NCBI GenBank assembly: GCA_964521295.1
Contig: CAZFRF010000001.1
Coordinates: 71,751 to 135,750 of the forward strand
Source: an uncultured Gammaproteobacteria bacterium
Lineage (GTDB): Bacteria; Patescibacteriota; Microgenomatia; Levybacterales; UBA12049
DNA length: 64,000 nucleotides
Direction of reading: 5' to 3'
Part shown: positions 10,641 through 20,280 of the stretch, in pieces
Layout of the letters: the number at the start of each line of letters is the position of its first letter
Position numbering within the stretch: position 1 is the first letter of the stretch
The notes under the pieces: generated by a model
What the model saw: only the letters and a program-made list of their open reading frames with translations
Told to the model about the DNA's origin: nothing
The model's database searches: none
Made by a program: the position numbers and the translations under genes

Positions 10641-11823
10641 TGGGCAGTGTTTCTATTGTTACTTGTTTTTGTTCGCCAGTTTTCATATTCTTGAGGTTTA
10701 AATTATCAGTATTAACAATCAAAACATAGGTAATTTGTTTTTTATTTGCATACTTTAATTGTTTTTCTAAAGGAGAGTCATCTAAATATATTTCAGCGTT
10801 TAAATTTCCCTCTCTTAATTTGTTGGCAATTTCTAGAGCTTGTTTTTGTAAGTCTGAGGATGCAAAGGCGATTAATATATTTTTAGAATTTAAATCGGTA
10901 GGGAATAGGTTTAGTGTATCCATTGCTTCAAGTAGTCTGTCAAATCCAAACGCAAAACCAACTGCAGGAATTTCTCTGCCTGCAAACATGCCAATTAAAT
11001 TATCATATCTTCCTCCACCGGCAATAGATCCAACACTAAAGCCTTCGACTTCTACCTCAAAAATAATTCCAGTATAGTAATTTAAGCCTCTGGCAAGAGT
11101 GCTTTCGAATTGAATGTTATCCATATTTACGCCTTGGTTTTTAAGGACTGCAAATATTTCTGTTAATTTTTCATTTGGTTGCTGATTTTCGATCTCACTC
11201 AATGTGTTATCGACTGTTTTCCAATCTTTTTCTTCACCTTTCTCTACTAATTCTTTAAGTACTCCCTCTCGACCAATCTTTTTGAGCTTATCAATAGCAA
11301 TTAACGTTTGCTTAGAATATTTGGAAAGCAAAGCCCTATCGTTAATTAGTATTTTATATTGCTTAAAACCTAATGCGTCTAGAGCTTTTGCAACTAAAGC
11401 GACTATTTCTGCATCAGCAATAGGGGAATACGAGCCTACTATATCTGCATCAACTTGCAAAAATTCTCTGTATCGACCCTTTTGAGTATTTTCTGCTCTA
11501 AATACAGATTGGATTTGGTAGCGCTTAAAAGGCATTACTAGATCGTTTTGATATTGAGCAACAACTCTGGAGAGGGGAACTGTTTGGTCATAACGCATGG
11601 CTACATTTCTATCTCCATTATCTTTAAATTTATACATTAAACTATCACCTTCGTCTCCGTATTTACCCATTAGAATCTCTTCATATTCAAGAGTAGGTGT
11701 TTCAAGTGGTTCAAATCCATAAGATTCATACACTTTTTTTAAAGTGTCTAAAACATACTGCCTTTTTCTAGCAGTTTGTGGTAAGAAATCACGAAAACCC
11801 TTAAGAGTTGCTATGTTTTGCAT
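10627..11823 (-). CDS. hisS: Histidine--tRNA ligase
   Basis: KGFRDFLP, RYDQTVP, GRYREF, RGLNYYTG, GGGRYD. Confidence 0.97.
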   Translation of the reverse strand: MQNIATLKGFRDFLPQTARKRQYVLDTLKKVYESYGFEPLETPTLEYEEILMGKYGDEGDSLMYKFKDNGDRNVAMRYDQTVPLSRVVAQYQNDLVMPFKRYQIQSVFRAENTQKGRYREFLQVDADIVGSYSPIADAEIVALVAKALDALGFKQYKILINDRALLSKYSKQTLIAIDKLKKIGREGVLKELVEKGEEKDWKTVDNTLSEIENQQPNEKLTEIFAVLKNQGVNMDNIQFESTLARGLNYYTGIIFEVEVEGFSVGSIAGGGRYDNLIGMFAGREIPAVGFAFGFDRLLEAMDTLNLFPTDLNSKNILIAFASSDLQKQALEIANKLREGNLNAEIYLDDSPLEKQLKYANKKQITYVLIVNTDNLNLKNMKTGEQKQVTIETLPNEIK

Positions 11824-11844
11824 AAGTTAATTTTATCATAAGCA

Positions 11845-12870
11845 TTATTTTTTATCAGTGAAAAGCGAGGGGTTAATAAAATAGGTAGCTATTTCTTTAA
11901 TAAGAATTACAGCAATACCAAGAACTGGAACAACGAATACTGCCCCCATTGCTCCTGCGACTTTAAAGCCAATAATGATTGAGAGGAAAACAATAATTGG
12001 GTGCAAATTAAACGCTTTTCCTAAAAGTTTTGGTCCAAAAACATTAAAGACAACCTGTTGGACAGCAATCATAATTATTGCTGTAATTACTGCCTCAAGT
12101 GGTGTATTTGAATGAGTTACTAGTACAACAAAAACAGGTGGGATTATGCCAATGAATTGTCCAAGAACTGGGATGATCGTTAATATTCCTGCTAAAACAG
12201 CTGCAAAAGCTGCAAAATCAACTCCAAAAACAGTAAGGACAATCCAAGCAGAAATGCCAGCAATTACTGCAAAAATCATTTGTACTCTGAAGAAAGAGGA
12301 AAAAGATGAATCTATTACTCTTTGCATAAAACGAATATGCGAATGCCAGCCCTCAGGAGCAACTTTAAATATTTCACGGTTAATTCTTTCTTTATCAACA
12401 ATAAAGTAAAACGATAGGATAAGTATTACAAAAATATCAATGAAAATATTTGCTAATGAAGGGAGAAAGAGAATGAAACTATCAATTGAGTTGGTTGCAA
12501 CTTTATTCCAAGTTTGAATTGCTTGGGGATAAGATTCTATGAAGCTTGGGATCATCTTAGAGAAGGATTGGAATTCGGTTACTACTGTTGGAATGAGTAG
12601 GAAGATTCCTGCTGTAATTAAAATTCCAAAAGTGGTGTAGATAAGTAGAGCAGAGAGCGCTTTGGGTAGTTTAGTTAAGGTAGAAATAAAATTAACAACA
12701 GGTTCAAGGATAAAGCTTAAGAGCCAAGATAAGAAGACGATAATAATTATATCGGAAAAATTACCTAAAAACTCAAAAGCAATCTGCAAAAGATAGATTG
12801 ATAAGGCGATTATTCCTAATACCGTAAAGATTTTGAATGGAGTATTTTGTTTTTTTATTTCTTCTAACAT
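11845..12870 (-). CDS. AI-2E family transporter
   Basis: LEPVV, IIPVLG, PKLLGKAFNLHP pattern; multi-TM. Confidence 0.88.
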   Translation of the reverse strand: MLEEIKKQNTPFKIFTVLGIIALSIYLLQIAFEFLGNFSDIIIIVFLSWLLSFILEPVVNFISTLTKLPKALSALLIYTTFGILITAGIFLLIPTVVTEFQSFSKMIPSFIESYPQAIQTWNKVATNSIDSFILFLPSLANIFIDIFVILILSFYFIVDKERINREIFKVAPEGWHSHIRFMQRVIDSSFSSFFRVQMIFAVIAGISAWIVLTVFGVDFAAFAAVLAGILTIIPVLGQFIGIIPPVFVVLVTHSNTPLEAVITAIIMIAVQQVVFNVFGPKLLGKAFNLHPIIVFLSIIIGFKVAGAMGAVFVVPVLGIAVILIKEIATYFINPSLFTDKK

Positions 12871-12877
12871 AATAGAT

Positions 12878-13945
12878 CTATAGTTCTATTATTTCTTTTT
12901 TAGCATTAGAAATCAAGACTAAACCTTGTGTTGTAAATATTGCCAAATCTTCAATTCTTACTCCTCCGTAATTGGGGATATATATGCCAGGTTCAAGAGA
13001 AAAAACTTGATTTTGCTGTAGAACATTGGGTGCGAAAGGAGATAGCCTAGGTGCTTCATGAACTTCTAATCCAATTCCATGTCCTAAGGAGTGGGGGATG
13101 GAGGGAAAATTTTGAGAAATAATATATTTACGAGCAATTAAGTCAATATCTTTTGTTTTTACTTCTTTGTCCTTATTATTGTTTATATATTCAATTGTTT
13201 TGATTTGGGCTTCTAAAACTGTTTTGTAAATTTTTTTAAACTTCTCAGTCGCTATTCCGAAAAATACAGTCCTGGTCATATCTGAACAGTAGCCATTTAT
13301 TTTTACGCCAAAATCTAAAAGTACAATAGTATTTCTTTTTAATTTTTTAGTAGTTGGCTTGTGGTGTGGGGAAGCAGAGTGTGTCCCAAAAGCGATAATT
13401 GGCGCAAAAGATAATTCGGCATTGTTTTGGAGTGTAAAAATTTCAATTTTCTTAGCTAGTTCAATTTCAGTTACGTTTTCTTTAATTTGACCTAGTATAT
13501 ATTCAAAAACCTTGTCTCCTAAATTCGATGCTAGTTTTAGATTATTAATTTCAGTTTTAGATTTAATTTCTCTTAGTGTCTCAATAATACTGTTGTCGTC
13601 AACGAGTTTTATTATTTTTTTTAACAACTTATATTCCATTGCAGTTAAATCTGATAAATTAATTGCTAAACTTTCTATTTTTTCTTTATTAAATATGTTA
13701 AGTAATATATTTTCTAAATTATTATTTCGGTCAAGCTCTAGAAATTTAAATCCTTTAATTTTTTTTGCCGCCTCTTTATATCTTGCATCTGAAATTAAAT
13801 AATTATTTTTCTTAGTAACAAGTAAAAATGCTTCACGCTCTGTGTTTGAAAACCCTGCAAAGCTTGTTAAATAAAAAATATTTATTGCTTTAGAAATAAA
13901 TAATGCGTCTGATTTAATTGAGGAGAAGATTAAATTTTTATTCAT
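12878..13945 (-). CDS. Xaa-Pro aminopeptidase (M24B)
   Basis: DFG..GYCSDMTRT, HSLGHGIGLEVHE, EPGIY, GVRIED. Confidence 0.95.
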   Translation of the reverse strand: MNKNLIFSSIKSDALFISKAINIFYLTSFAGFSNTEREAFLLVTKKNNYLISDARYKEAAKKIKGFKFLELDRNNNLENILLNIFNKEKIESLAINLSDLTAMEYKLLKKIIKLVDDNSIIETLREIKSKTEINNLKLASNLGDKVFEYILGQIKENVTEIELAKKIEIFTLQNNAELSFAPIIAFGTHSASPHHKPTTKKLKRNTIVLLDFGVKINGYCSDMTRTVFFGIATEKFKKIYKTVLEAQIKTIEYINNNKDKEVKTKDIDLIARKYIISQNFPSIPHSLGHGIGLEVHEAPRLSPFAPNVLQQNQVFSLEPGIYIPNYGGVRIEDLAIFTTQGLVLISNAKKEIIEL

Positions 13946-13949
13946 TTAA

Positions 13950-14711
13950 TTAGTGGACAATTGGAGTAAGTTTTTTGCCGCTACCTGTTGAAGGAACAAC
14001 GGTTGGTTGATTAGGATTTAAATCAATATTTGGATTAGCAGAGATTTCTGGAAAAAGATAGATTCTTGAGGCGAGAGTTTTAGTTTTATCAGTTTTATTT
14101 GGATATCCAACAACGATTACTGTTTGTCCTAATTCCATTTTGGAAAAACCAGATTTAACGGTTTTGTTATTTACGTATGAATATGTTTTAGAAATATTTT
14201 CAACATCAATTAAATTTTTAGCACCGTTAGTTTTCGCAACTGTAAACATATAGTTTTTGCTATCTATTGCATAAACAGCTCCATTAATGAAGTTGGGTAG
14301 CGCACTGTCTTCGAAAACGATTCTTGCTTGTAGTCTTTGGCTATCTTTATTGTATAAACCCAAAATTGATAAATACATTCCTTTTTTTACATCAGAAATT
14401 CCAAAAGATTTTGATGCAGACGAGGTGAATTTAGTTAATTCATCAATATCAACATATCTATTTTCACCATTAATATTGGTTATTGTAATTTGAGTGTCAG
14501 AAACGTCATTTACTTGTCCGTAGATTCCTCTTTTTTCTACCAATTTAAGGCTAGCAACTTTAGAAGCAATCTTATTTTTTAATTCATCTACTTGTGCTTG
14601 TAAGCTCGTAGTTGGTGTAGGAGTGCTTGTAGATGTAGGTTTTGCAGCAAAAGAAGTACTAGGTGGTAAAATTATTGTTAATAATAGTAGTAAGTAAATT
14701 ATTTTTTTCAT
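13950..14711 (-). CDS. Secreted hypothetical protein (signal peptide, Pro/Thr linker, coiled coil, repeated beta domains)
   Basis: Start ATG 14711, MKKIIYLLLL signal peptide. Confidence 0.75.
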   Translation of the reverse strand: MKKIIYLLLLLTIILPPSTSFAAKPTSTSTPTPTTSLQAQVDELKNKIASKVASLKLVEKRGIYGQVNDVSDTQITITNINGENRYVDIDELTKFTSSASKSFGISDVKKGMYLSILGLYNKDSQRLQARIVFEDSALPNFINGAVYAIDSKNYMFTVAKTNGAKNLIDVENISKTYSYVNNKTVKSGFSKMELGQTVIVVGYPNKTDKTKTLASRIYLFPEISANPNIDLNPNQPTVVPSTGSGKKLTPIVH

Positions 14712-14712
14712 A

Positions 14713-15141
14713 TTAAAAATCCTCACTTGTATATGAAACTGTTTTTTGTACTGTTTGAGTTTCACCATCAGGCGTCATGGCAACTATTTTTATAAAATTA
14801 GTACCACTACTTATAGTTATATTGGTGACAAAATCACCTTGAAGAGAGGGTTTAACAATTTCTTCTCCTTCTAGGGTTAAGATTACAATTGTTGCTTCTG
14901 GATTAGTTTTGCCGGATACTCTAACAGTTTTTGAATCAGAGATTGATTCGTCTTTAGGACTATCGACGCTTAAAAAAATAGTAGGCGTCTTAGTTGGGGT
15001 AGGTGTTTGTGAGTCTATTTTTTGGGTAGTATCCGTATCAGGAAGAACTTTGGTTGATTGGTAGAAGTAAAAGATGATACCGGCAAATATTAAGCCGATT
15101 ATAACCATGATAAAGGAAAGTATTATTCTTTCTTGTTTCAT
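14713..15141 (-). CDS. Membrane-anchored protein with Ig-like domain
   Basis: N-terminal TM; VSGKTNPEATI...GTNFIKI Ig-like pattern. Confidence 0.75.
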   Translation of the reverse strand: MKQERIILSFIMVIIGLIFAGIIFYFYQSTKVLPDTDTTQKIDSQTPTPTKTPTIFLSVDSPKDESISDSKTVRVSGKTNPEATIVILTLEGEEIVKPSLQGDFVTNITISSGTNFIKIVAMTPDGETQTVQKTVSYTSEDF

Positions 15142-15212
15142 AAGCGGTACCCCATATTACGAAAAAAGATTTACCTTGTCAAGAAAATTTGTATATGTTA
15201 ATATAAACTGCC

Positions 15213-15731
15213 ATGGACATAGCAATACTTTCCAAAGATAGTTTAAAAATTAAGATCAAAAAAACCACTCTAGTAGCAGATCCTCGTTCAGACTTAGCCA
15301 AGGTAGATGCAGATGCAATTATTGCTACAGACAAGAATATTGAGCCTAAAAGAGTTAATGAATACAGAGTCTTAATTGATAGTGTAGGAGATTACGAGGT
15401 TTCTGGGCTTAAGATTGTAGGTCAAAAAATTGATGAGGGAATCACTTATACATTTATCTATGAATCAGTCGAAACGTTATTTGCTAAAGCGAGCGTTTTA
15501 GCAAAAATGCCAACTGATAAGATTAAAGATTACTCAGTAGTTATCGTAAATGTGGATACCGATTTACCAAATGTGATTACTTCATTCGAGCCAAGAGTAA
15601 TAGTTTTGTATGGAGAAAAAGCTATTGAGGGTGCGAAAAGCTTAGGTAAAGAAGATGCCACAAAAAGTTCAAAAGTTAGTTTTTCAGAAGATAAATTACC
15701 TGAGGAAACAGAAATTTACGTCCTGAGCTAG
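15213..15731 (+). CDS. Degenerate metallo-beta-lactamase-fold protein
   Basis: LVADP, GDYEVSG and FEPRVIV resemble the MBL-fold gene often found before dnaB; no histidines in the sequence. Confidence 0.6.
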   Translation: MDIAILSKDSLKIKIKKTTLVADPRSDLAKVDADAIIATDKNIEPKRVNEYRVLIDSVGDYEVSGLKIVGQKIDEGITYTFIYESVETLFAKASVLAKMPTDKIKDYSVVIVNVDTDLPNVITSFEPRVIVLYGEKAIEGAKSLGKEDATKSSKVSFSEDKLPEETEIYVLS

Positions 15732-15779
15732 TTTTATATATTGAAAATTGCCTAAATTTCCATTAAAGTCTTTATACTT

Positions 15780-17120
15780 ATGGCAAATCCAAAAACTCCT
15801 CCTCAAAATCAAGAAGCAGAGCAAAGTGTACTAGGATCAATCTTAATTGATAAAGATGCTATTGGTCTAATTTCAGAACAAATTCACCCAGAAGATTTTT
15901 TTAATGATATTAACGGCATTATTTTTGAGGCAATGCTTGCCTTATATGAAGAAAGAAAACCAATCGATATTTTAACTTTAACAGAGAAGTTAAAGAAAAT
16001 TCGCAATGGAGACAAAGTCGAGTCTTCATATTTATCTGAACTTATTAATGTAGTTCCAACAGCTGCGAATATCGAAGAATATGCTGGGATTATTAAGGAA
16101 TGCGCAACGAGAAGAGAGTTAATCAGTGCAGGAACAAAAATTGCTGAAGAATCATTTAAGGAAGACAATGAAGTACCACAGCTTATCGATAAAGCTGAAA
16201 GTTCTATTTTTGCAATTTCTCAAGGCCACAATGTTAAAGGTTTTGTCCCTATTAAGGAAAAATTAGCTGAAAGTTTCGATAGAATTGATGAATTACATAA
16301 AAAAGGCGCAGGATATAGGGGAATTAAGACCGGTTTTACAGATTTAGACAATATTTTGTCAGGTATGCAGGAGTCTAATTTAATTATCTTAGCTGCTCGT
16401 CCTGGAACTGGAAAAACTGCAATTGTTATTAATATGGCGCAAAATATTGCAATTTTGCAGAAACATCCAGTTGGTATTTTTTCTCTTGAAATGAGTCAGG
16501 AAGAATTGGTAGATAGACTTTTGGTAGGCCAAGCAGATGTTGATGCTTGGAGACTTAAGACTGGTAAACTGCAAGAGGCTGATTTTACTAAACTTTCTCA
16601 AGCAATGGGTGAACTTGCTGATGCGCCAATCTTTATCGACGATACTCCTGGTATTACAATTTCAGAAATGCGTACAAAAGCAAGAAGGTTGCAGATGGAG
16701 CAAGGAATTAAGTTTTTGATTGTGGATTATCTGCAGCTAGCTGATCCTGGTAGAAAATATGATAGTCGTGTACAAGAAGTTGCAATTGTATCCCAGGGTT
16801 TAAAAAATCTTGCAAGAGAGTTAAAGATTCCTGTTTTGGCAGTTTCTCAGTTGTCTCGTGCGGTTGAGCATAGAGGGGAAAGAAAGCCACAGCTTGCTGA
16901 TTTAAGAGAATCAGGAGCAATCGAGCAGGATGCAGACGTAGTTATGTTTTTATATAGAACTGATGCTGAACCAGTGGGTAGTGTTATTCCAACCAAGCTT
17001 TCAATTGCTAAGCATCGAAATGGACCAATGGGCGAAGTTGATTTACTTTTTAGAGGCGATAGGATAAGATTTTATAGTATGGATCAAAAAAGGGAAGGGG
17101 GTGAAGAAAATAATGGATAA
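15780..17120 (+). CDS. dnaB: Replicative DNA helicase
   Basis: PPQNQEAEQSVLG, ARPGTGKT, DYLQL, SQLSR, DLRESGAIEQDAD, KHRNGP. Confidence 0.98.
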   Translation: MANPKTPPQNQEAEQSVLGSILIDKDAIGLISEQIHPEDFFNDINGIIFEAMLALYEERKPIDILTLTEKLKKIRNGDKVESSYLSELINVVPTAANIEEYAGIIKECATRRELISAGTKIAEESFKEDNEVPQLIDKAESSIFAISQGHNVKGFVPIKEKLAESFDRIDELHKKGAGYRGIKTGFTDLDNILSGMQESNLIILAARPGTGKTAIVINMAQNIAILQKHPVGIFSLEMSQEELVDRLLVGQADVDAWRLKTGKLQEADFTKLSQAMGELADAPIFIDDTPGITISEMRTKARRLQMEQGIKFLIVDYLQLADPGRKYDSRVQEVAIVSQGLKNLARELKIPVLAVSQLSRAVEHRGERKPQLADLRESGAIEQDADVVMFLYRTDAEPVGSVIPTKLSIAKHRNGPMGEVDLLFRGDRIRFYSMDQKREGGEENNG

Positions 17121-17328
17121 TCAAAATAATCAACCGGGAGCACCTATGCCAGGAACACCAGTTCCTCCAGTACAGCAACCTGTAATGGATCCGGCACAGC
17201 CAGCAATGCCACAACCTGAACCTGTAATGCCACCAGCACCAGAGCAACCAGCTCAACAGCCAGGTGGATGGACACCTCCACAGGGAGGAGTCGATGGTGG
17301 AGCACAAGGGGGACAGCCAGGAATGTAA
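17113..17328 (+). CDS. Small Pro/Gln/Gly-rich low-complexity protein
   Basis: ATG 17113 overlaps the dnaB 3' end; GGGGGTG SD-like sequence upstream. Confidence 0.65.
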   Translation: MDNQNNQPGAPMPGTPVPPVQQPVMDPAQPAMPQPEPVMPPAPEQPAQQPGGWTPPQGGVDGGAQGGQPGM

Positions 17329-17397
17329 TATAGTCTAGTACTAGATTATGATCATAAATTAAACTAATCCCATATTCCAAAGGATTAGTTTAATTTT

Positions 17398-18039
17398 TTA
17401 TGAGCGAGGAGAGTAAATACCTTTTCTAAAATCCATATAGCCTTGTAATTCATTCTTTCTTCTTTGTCTAATTTCTGGTGTAGAGTAATATTTAGCTAAA
17501 TCTCTGGGTTCAAAAACTCCGGCATCCATTAAAACTCTTTCTGTAAAAAAGTAAGTTAAATGTAGATCTGGGGGGAAATATCCGCATTCTTGAGCAAAAG
17601 TTTCAGTTCTTAAGCCATGAAAGAAATTTGTTAATACGCCAACAGTCCGGTTTGGTAATAACTGAGGGTTTCTATCTAAAAATGTTCCAGCTTGTTCTAG
17701 GTTTCCCATAGAATGTGGCTTAGTTGTTAAAGCAATTAGATGATTAGGATCAGTGGGATAATGAGTGGCTGTGTGTGTGGCAAGTAAGTATGCTCTTGAA
17801 GCTTTGTTGTCTTGAATACCACCTGTTATTAAGGCAGTAGTGGTTTTTCTATCTCGTAATAGAATTGAAACTGCAGAGGCTTTTAAGTCTCCATCAACAT
17901 TTGTTGCGTCTTCAGTGCCCATCAGAAAATCTGCAAATAAAGGAACATAATATTTCCCATCAGGTTTTTGTTGTAAAGATGATCCCATTACAACTAAGAC
18001 ATCAACTTTTTTTGTATTTCTTAAGCCTTCAATTTTCAT
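17398..18039 (-). CDS. YdcF/DUF218-like protein
   Basis: VLVVMG, ITGG, T..HSMGN and VLTNFFHGLR match the YdcF motif order. Confidence 0.65.
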   Translation of the reverse strand: MKIEGLRNTKKVDVLVVMGSSLQQKPDGKYYVPLFADFLMGTEDATNVDGDLKASAVSILLRDRKTTTALITGGIQDNKASRAYLLATHTATHYPTDPNHLIALTTKPHSMGNLEQAGTFLDRNPQLLPNRTVGVLTNFFHGLRTETFAQECGYFPPDLHLTYFFTERVLMDAGVFEPRDLAKYYSTPEIRQRRKNELQGYMDFRKGIYSPRS

Positions 18040-18058
18040 TTGGGGATTATATCAACTT

Positions 18059-18631
18059 TTAATTAGCGGATGAAGTAGAGGAAGGGCTAGAGGTTTGGAC
18101 TACGAAATTTCTAGTTAAAGATTGGTTTTTTTGCTCGACGGTACTTTGCACTCTTAATTCAAATTTAACGTTTCCATTTGGAAGATTATAAATGCAGGGG
18201 TTATTAGTATTGTAATCAGACCACGCTCCATTATTTACTCTATAAGACCAAACAACTGAACAATAATTAGAATCTATATATTTAATATTTATGCAAACTG
18301 GATTATCGGTAACTGTTTGATTTTCTGAAGGTGATGTTATTTCAATTGGCCCAATTTCTTTTTTACAAGCAGCATTGGTTATAGTTGGATTTGTATTAGA
18401 TGATGTTGGATTGCTTTGGGGAACAACAATTATTTTTTCGGTTTGGGTTGGTGTTGGTGTGAGATCAGTATTTTGTTTAGGTTTTAAATTATTGTAATTT
18501 AAAATAATAACTGAAAGTAGAACTGGAATAGATAAAAGTGCAGTAATAAAATCTAAATGGTTTTTCTTAAAAACTTTTTTAAAGTTTTCTGTAAATTTAT
18601 GTAATTTCCTCTTGGCAGCAATGTATTTCAT
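18059..18631 (-). CDS. Membrane-anchored protein with Pro/Thr linker and Cys-containing Ig-like domain
   Basis: Single TM, PT-rich linker, four Cys, VWSYRVNNGAWS. Confidence 0.7.
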   Translation of the reverse strand: MKYIAAKRKLHKFTENFKKVFKKNHLDFITALLSIPVLLSVIILNYNNLKPKQNTDLTPTPTQTEKIIVVPQSNPTSSNTNPTITNAACKKEIGPIEITSPSENQTVTDNPVCINIKYIDSNYCSVVWSYRVNNGAWSDYNTNNPCIYNLPNGNVKFELRVQSTVEQKNQSLTRNFVVQTSSPSSTSSAN

Positions 18632-18638
18632 ATATTGT

Positions 18639-18724
18639 TGGTGGGCGAAGAGGGAGTCGAACCCTCACAGCCTTGCGACTAGTAGTTTTTGAGACTACCG
18701 CGTATGCCATTCCGCCACTCGCCC
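18639..18724 (-). tRNA. tRNA-Leu(CAA)
   Basis: Reverse complement GGGCGAG...GTAGT-CTCAAAA-ACTAC, long variable arm, GGTTCGACTCC, encoded CCA. Confidence 0.97.
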
Positions 18725-18763
18725 TAGTTGAGTTTTTACCTCTATTATTATATACTTTCAGCT

Positions 18764-19717
18764 ATGACACTTCAACAAATTTACGATTTAGCTATTAACA
18801 TGGCCATAAAAGCAGATCCAAGGGGAGAAGCTCATGTAAAAAAGAATTTGGCTAAAGCTAAAAAAGACTACGAAAAACTTCCTCAAGACAAGAAAAAATA
18901 TTTTGATACAGAATCTTTAAACAATCCATATTCAGACACAAGAATATTATTTGGTGATCTTAAAACCCCTGTTAAAAAAATTTTGGTCGGTATTGATACA
19001 GACGCAGCTGAAATTTTACTTGCAGATAGGTTAAATCAAAAAGGCGCAAAAATTGATTTAGTTATTGGTCATCATCCATTAGGAGTTTCTTTAGCAGCAC
19101 TTCATGATGTTATGGATTTACAGGTTGATGCTTATGCGCAAGTTGGTGTGCCAATAAATGTTGTTGATGCATTAATGAAAGGCAGAATGGATTTAATTAA
19201 AAGAAGAATTCATCCTAATAATCATAATCAAGTAATTGATACAGCAAGGCTTTTAAATATGCCACTTATGAATTTGCATACAGCATGGGATAATTTGGGA
19301 GATGAATTTATAAAAAATTATTTAGCTAAAAAAGAATTTGATACAGTAGAAGAAATTGTTGAATACTTAATGGAGCTTCCAGAATATCAGGAAGCAGCTA
19401 AAGGTAAAAACCCCCCTGAAATTGTTTCTGGAGGGCCAAAATCAAGAGCTGGAAAAGTAGCAGTTTTCTTTACCGGAGGAACAAATCCATCCAAAGAAGT
19501 TTATGCAGAACTTGCTAAAGCTGGAGTGGGAACGTTAATCGATATGCATATCCCTGAAGATGCCTTAGAAGAGCTTAAGAAATTGCATGTTAATGTAATT
19601 AATGCAGGACATATGGCATCAGATTCACTTGGCGCAAATTTATTTTTAGATAAATTGGAAAAACAAGGAATTGAGGTGTTAGTTGGGGGAGGGCTAATCA
19701 GGGTAAAAAGAAAATAA
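18764..19717 (+). CDS. NIF3 (NGG1p-interacting factor) family protein
   Basis: NPYSDTRI, GID, GHHP, HTAWDN, GGT, GHMASDSLG. Confidence 0.88.
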   Translation: MTLQQIYDLAINMAIKADPRGEAHVKKNLAKAKKDYEKLPQDKKKYFDTESLNNPYSDTRILFGDLKTPVKKILVGIDTDAAEILLADRLNQKGAKIDLVIGHHPLGVSLAALHDVMDLQVDAYAQVGVPINVVDALMKGRMDLIKRRIHPNNHNQVIDTARLLNMPLMNLHTAWDNLGDEFIKNYLAKKEFDTVEEIVEYLMELPEYQEAAKGKNPPEIVSGGPKSRAGKVAVFFTGGTNPSKEVYAELAKAGVGTLIDMHIPEDALEELKKLHVNVINAGHMASDSLGANLFLDKLEKQGIEVLVGGGLIRVKRK

Positions 19718-19718
19718 T

Positions 19719-20279
19719 ATGACTTCAGTAACAGAACTTAGATCAGGTACAATTTTTGAAGAAGACGGAAACCTCTTACAGGTTTTAGCTTATGAGCACA
19801 TAAAAATGGGTAGGGGAAGTGCAAATATTAAAGTTAAGGTTAAGAATGTCAGAACCGGTGCCACAACTGAAAAAAGTTTTATTAATGGAGCTAGAGTAAA
19901 CGTTGTTCAGGTTTTCAAAAGAGATTTGCAGTATTTATATAAAGATTCGGAAAATGCTTATCTTATGAATCCAATTGATTTTGAACAGGTTACAATCCCT
20001 CTGAAAATTATCGGAACTGATGCTGTATATCTTAAAGAAGGAGAGAGTGTAAATGTAAGCTTTTTGGGAGAAGAAGCATTGTCTTTAAATTTACCACCTA
20101 AAATGGTTTTTACAGTTATAGAAACTCCTCCAGGTGTTAAGGGAAATAGTGCTACAAATGTATTCAAAGATGCTACACTAGAAAATGGCATAACTGTTAA
20201 AGTTCCGCCATTTATTAAAGTAGGAGAAAAAGTAAAAGTAGATACTAGAACCGGAACATATACAGAAAAAGCCGCATAA
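19719..20279 (+). CDS. efp: Elongation factor P
   Basis: HIKMGRGSA (Arg at the modified loop position), QYLY, PGVKGNS, KVDTRTG.Y. Confidence 0.97.
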   Translation: MTSVTELRSGTIFEEDGNLLQVLAYEHIKMGRGSANIKVKVKNVRTGATTEKSFINGARVNVVQVFKRDLQYLYKDSENAYLMNPIDFEQVTIPLKIIGTDAVYLKEGESVNVSFLGEEALSLNLPPKMVFTVIETPPGVKGNSATNVFKDATLENGITVKVPPFIKVGEKVKVDTRTGTYTEKAA

Positions 20280-20280
20280 T

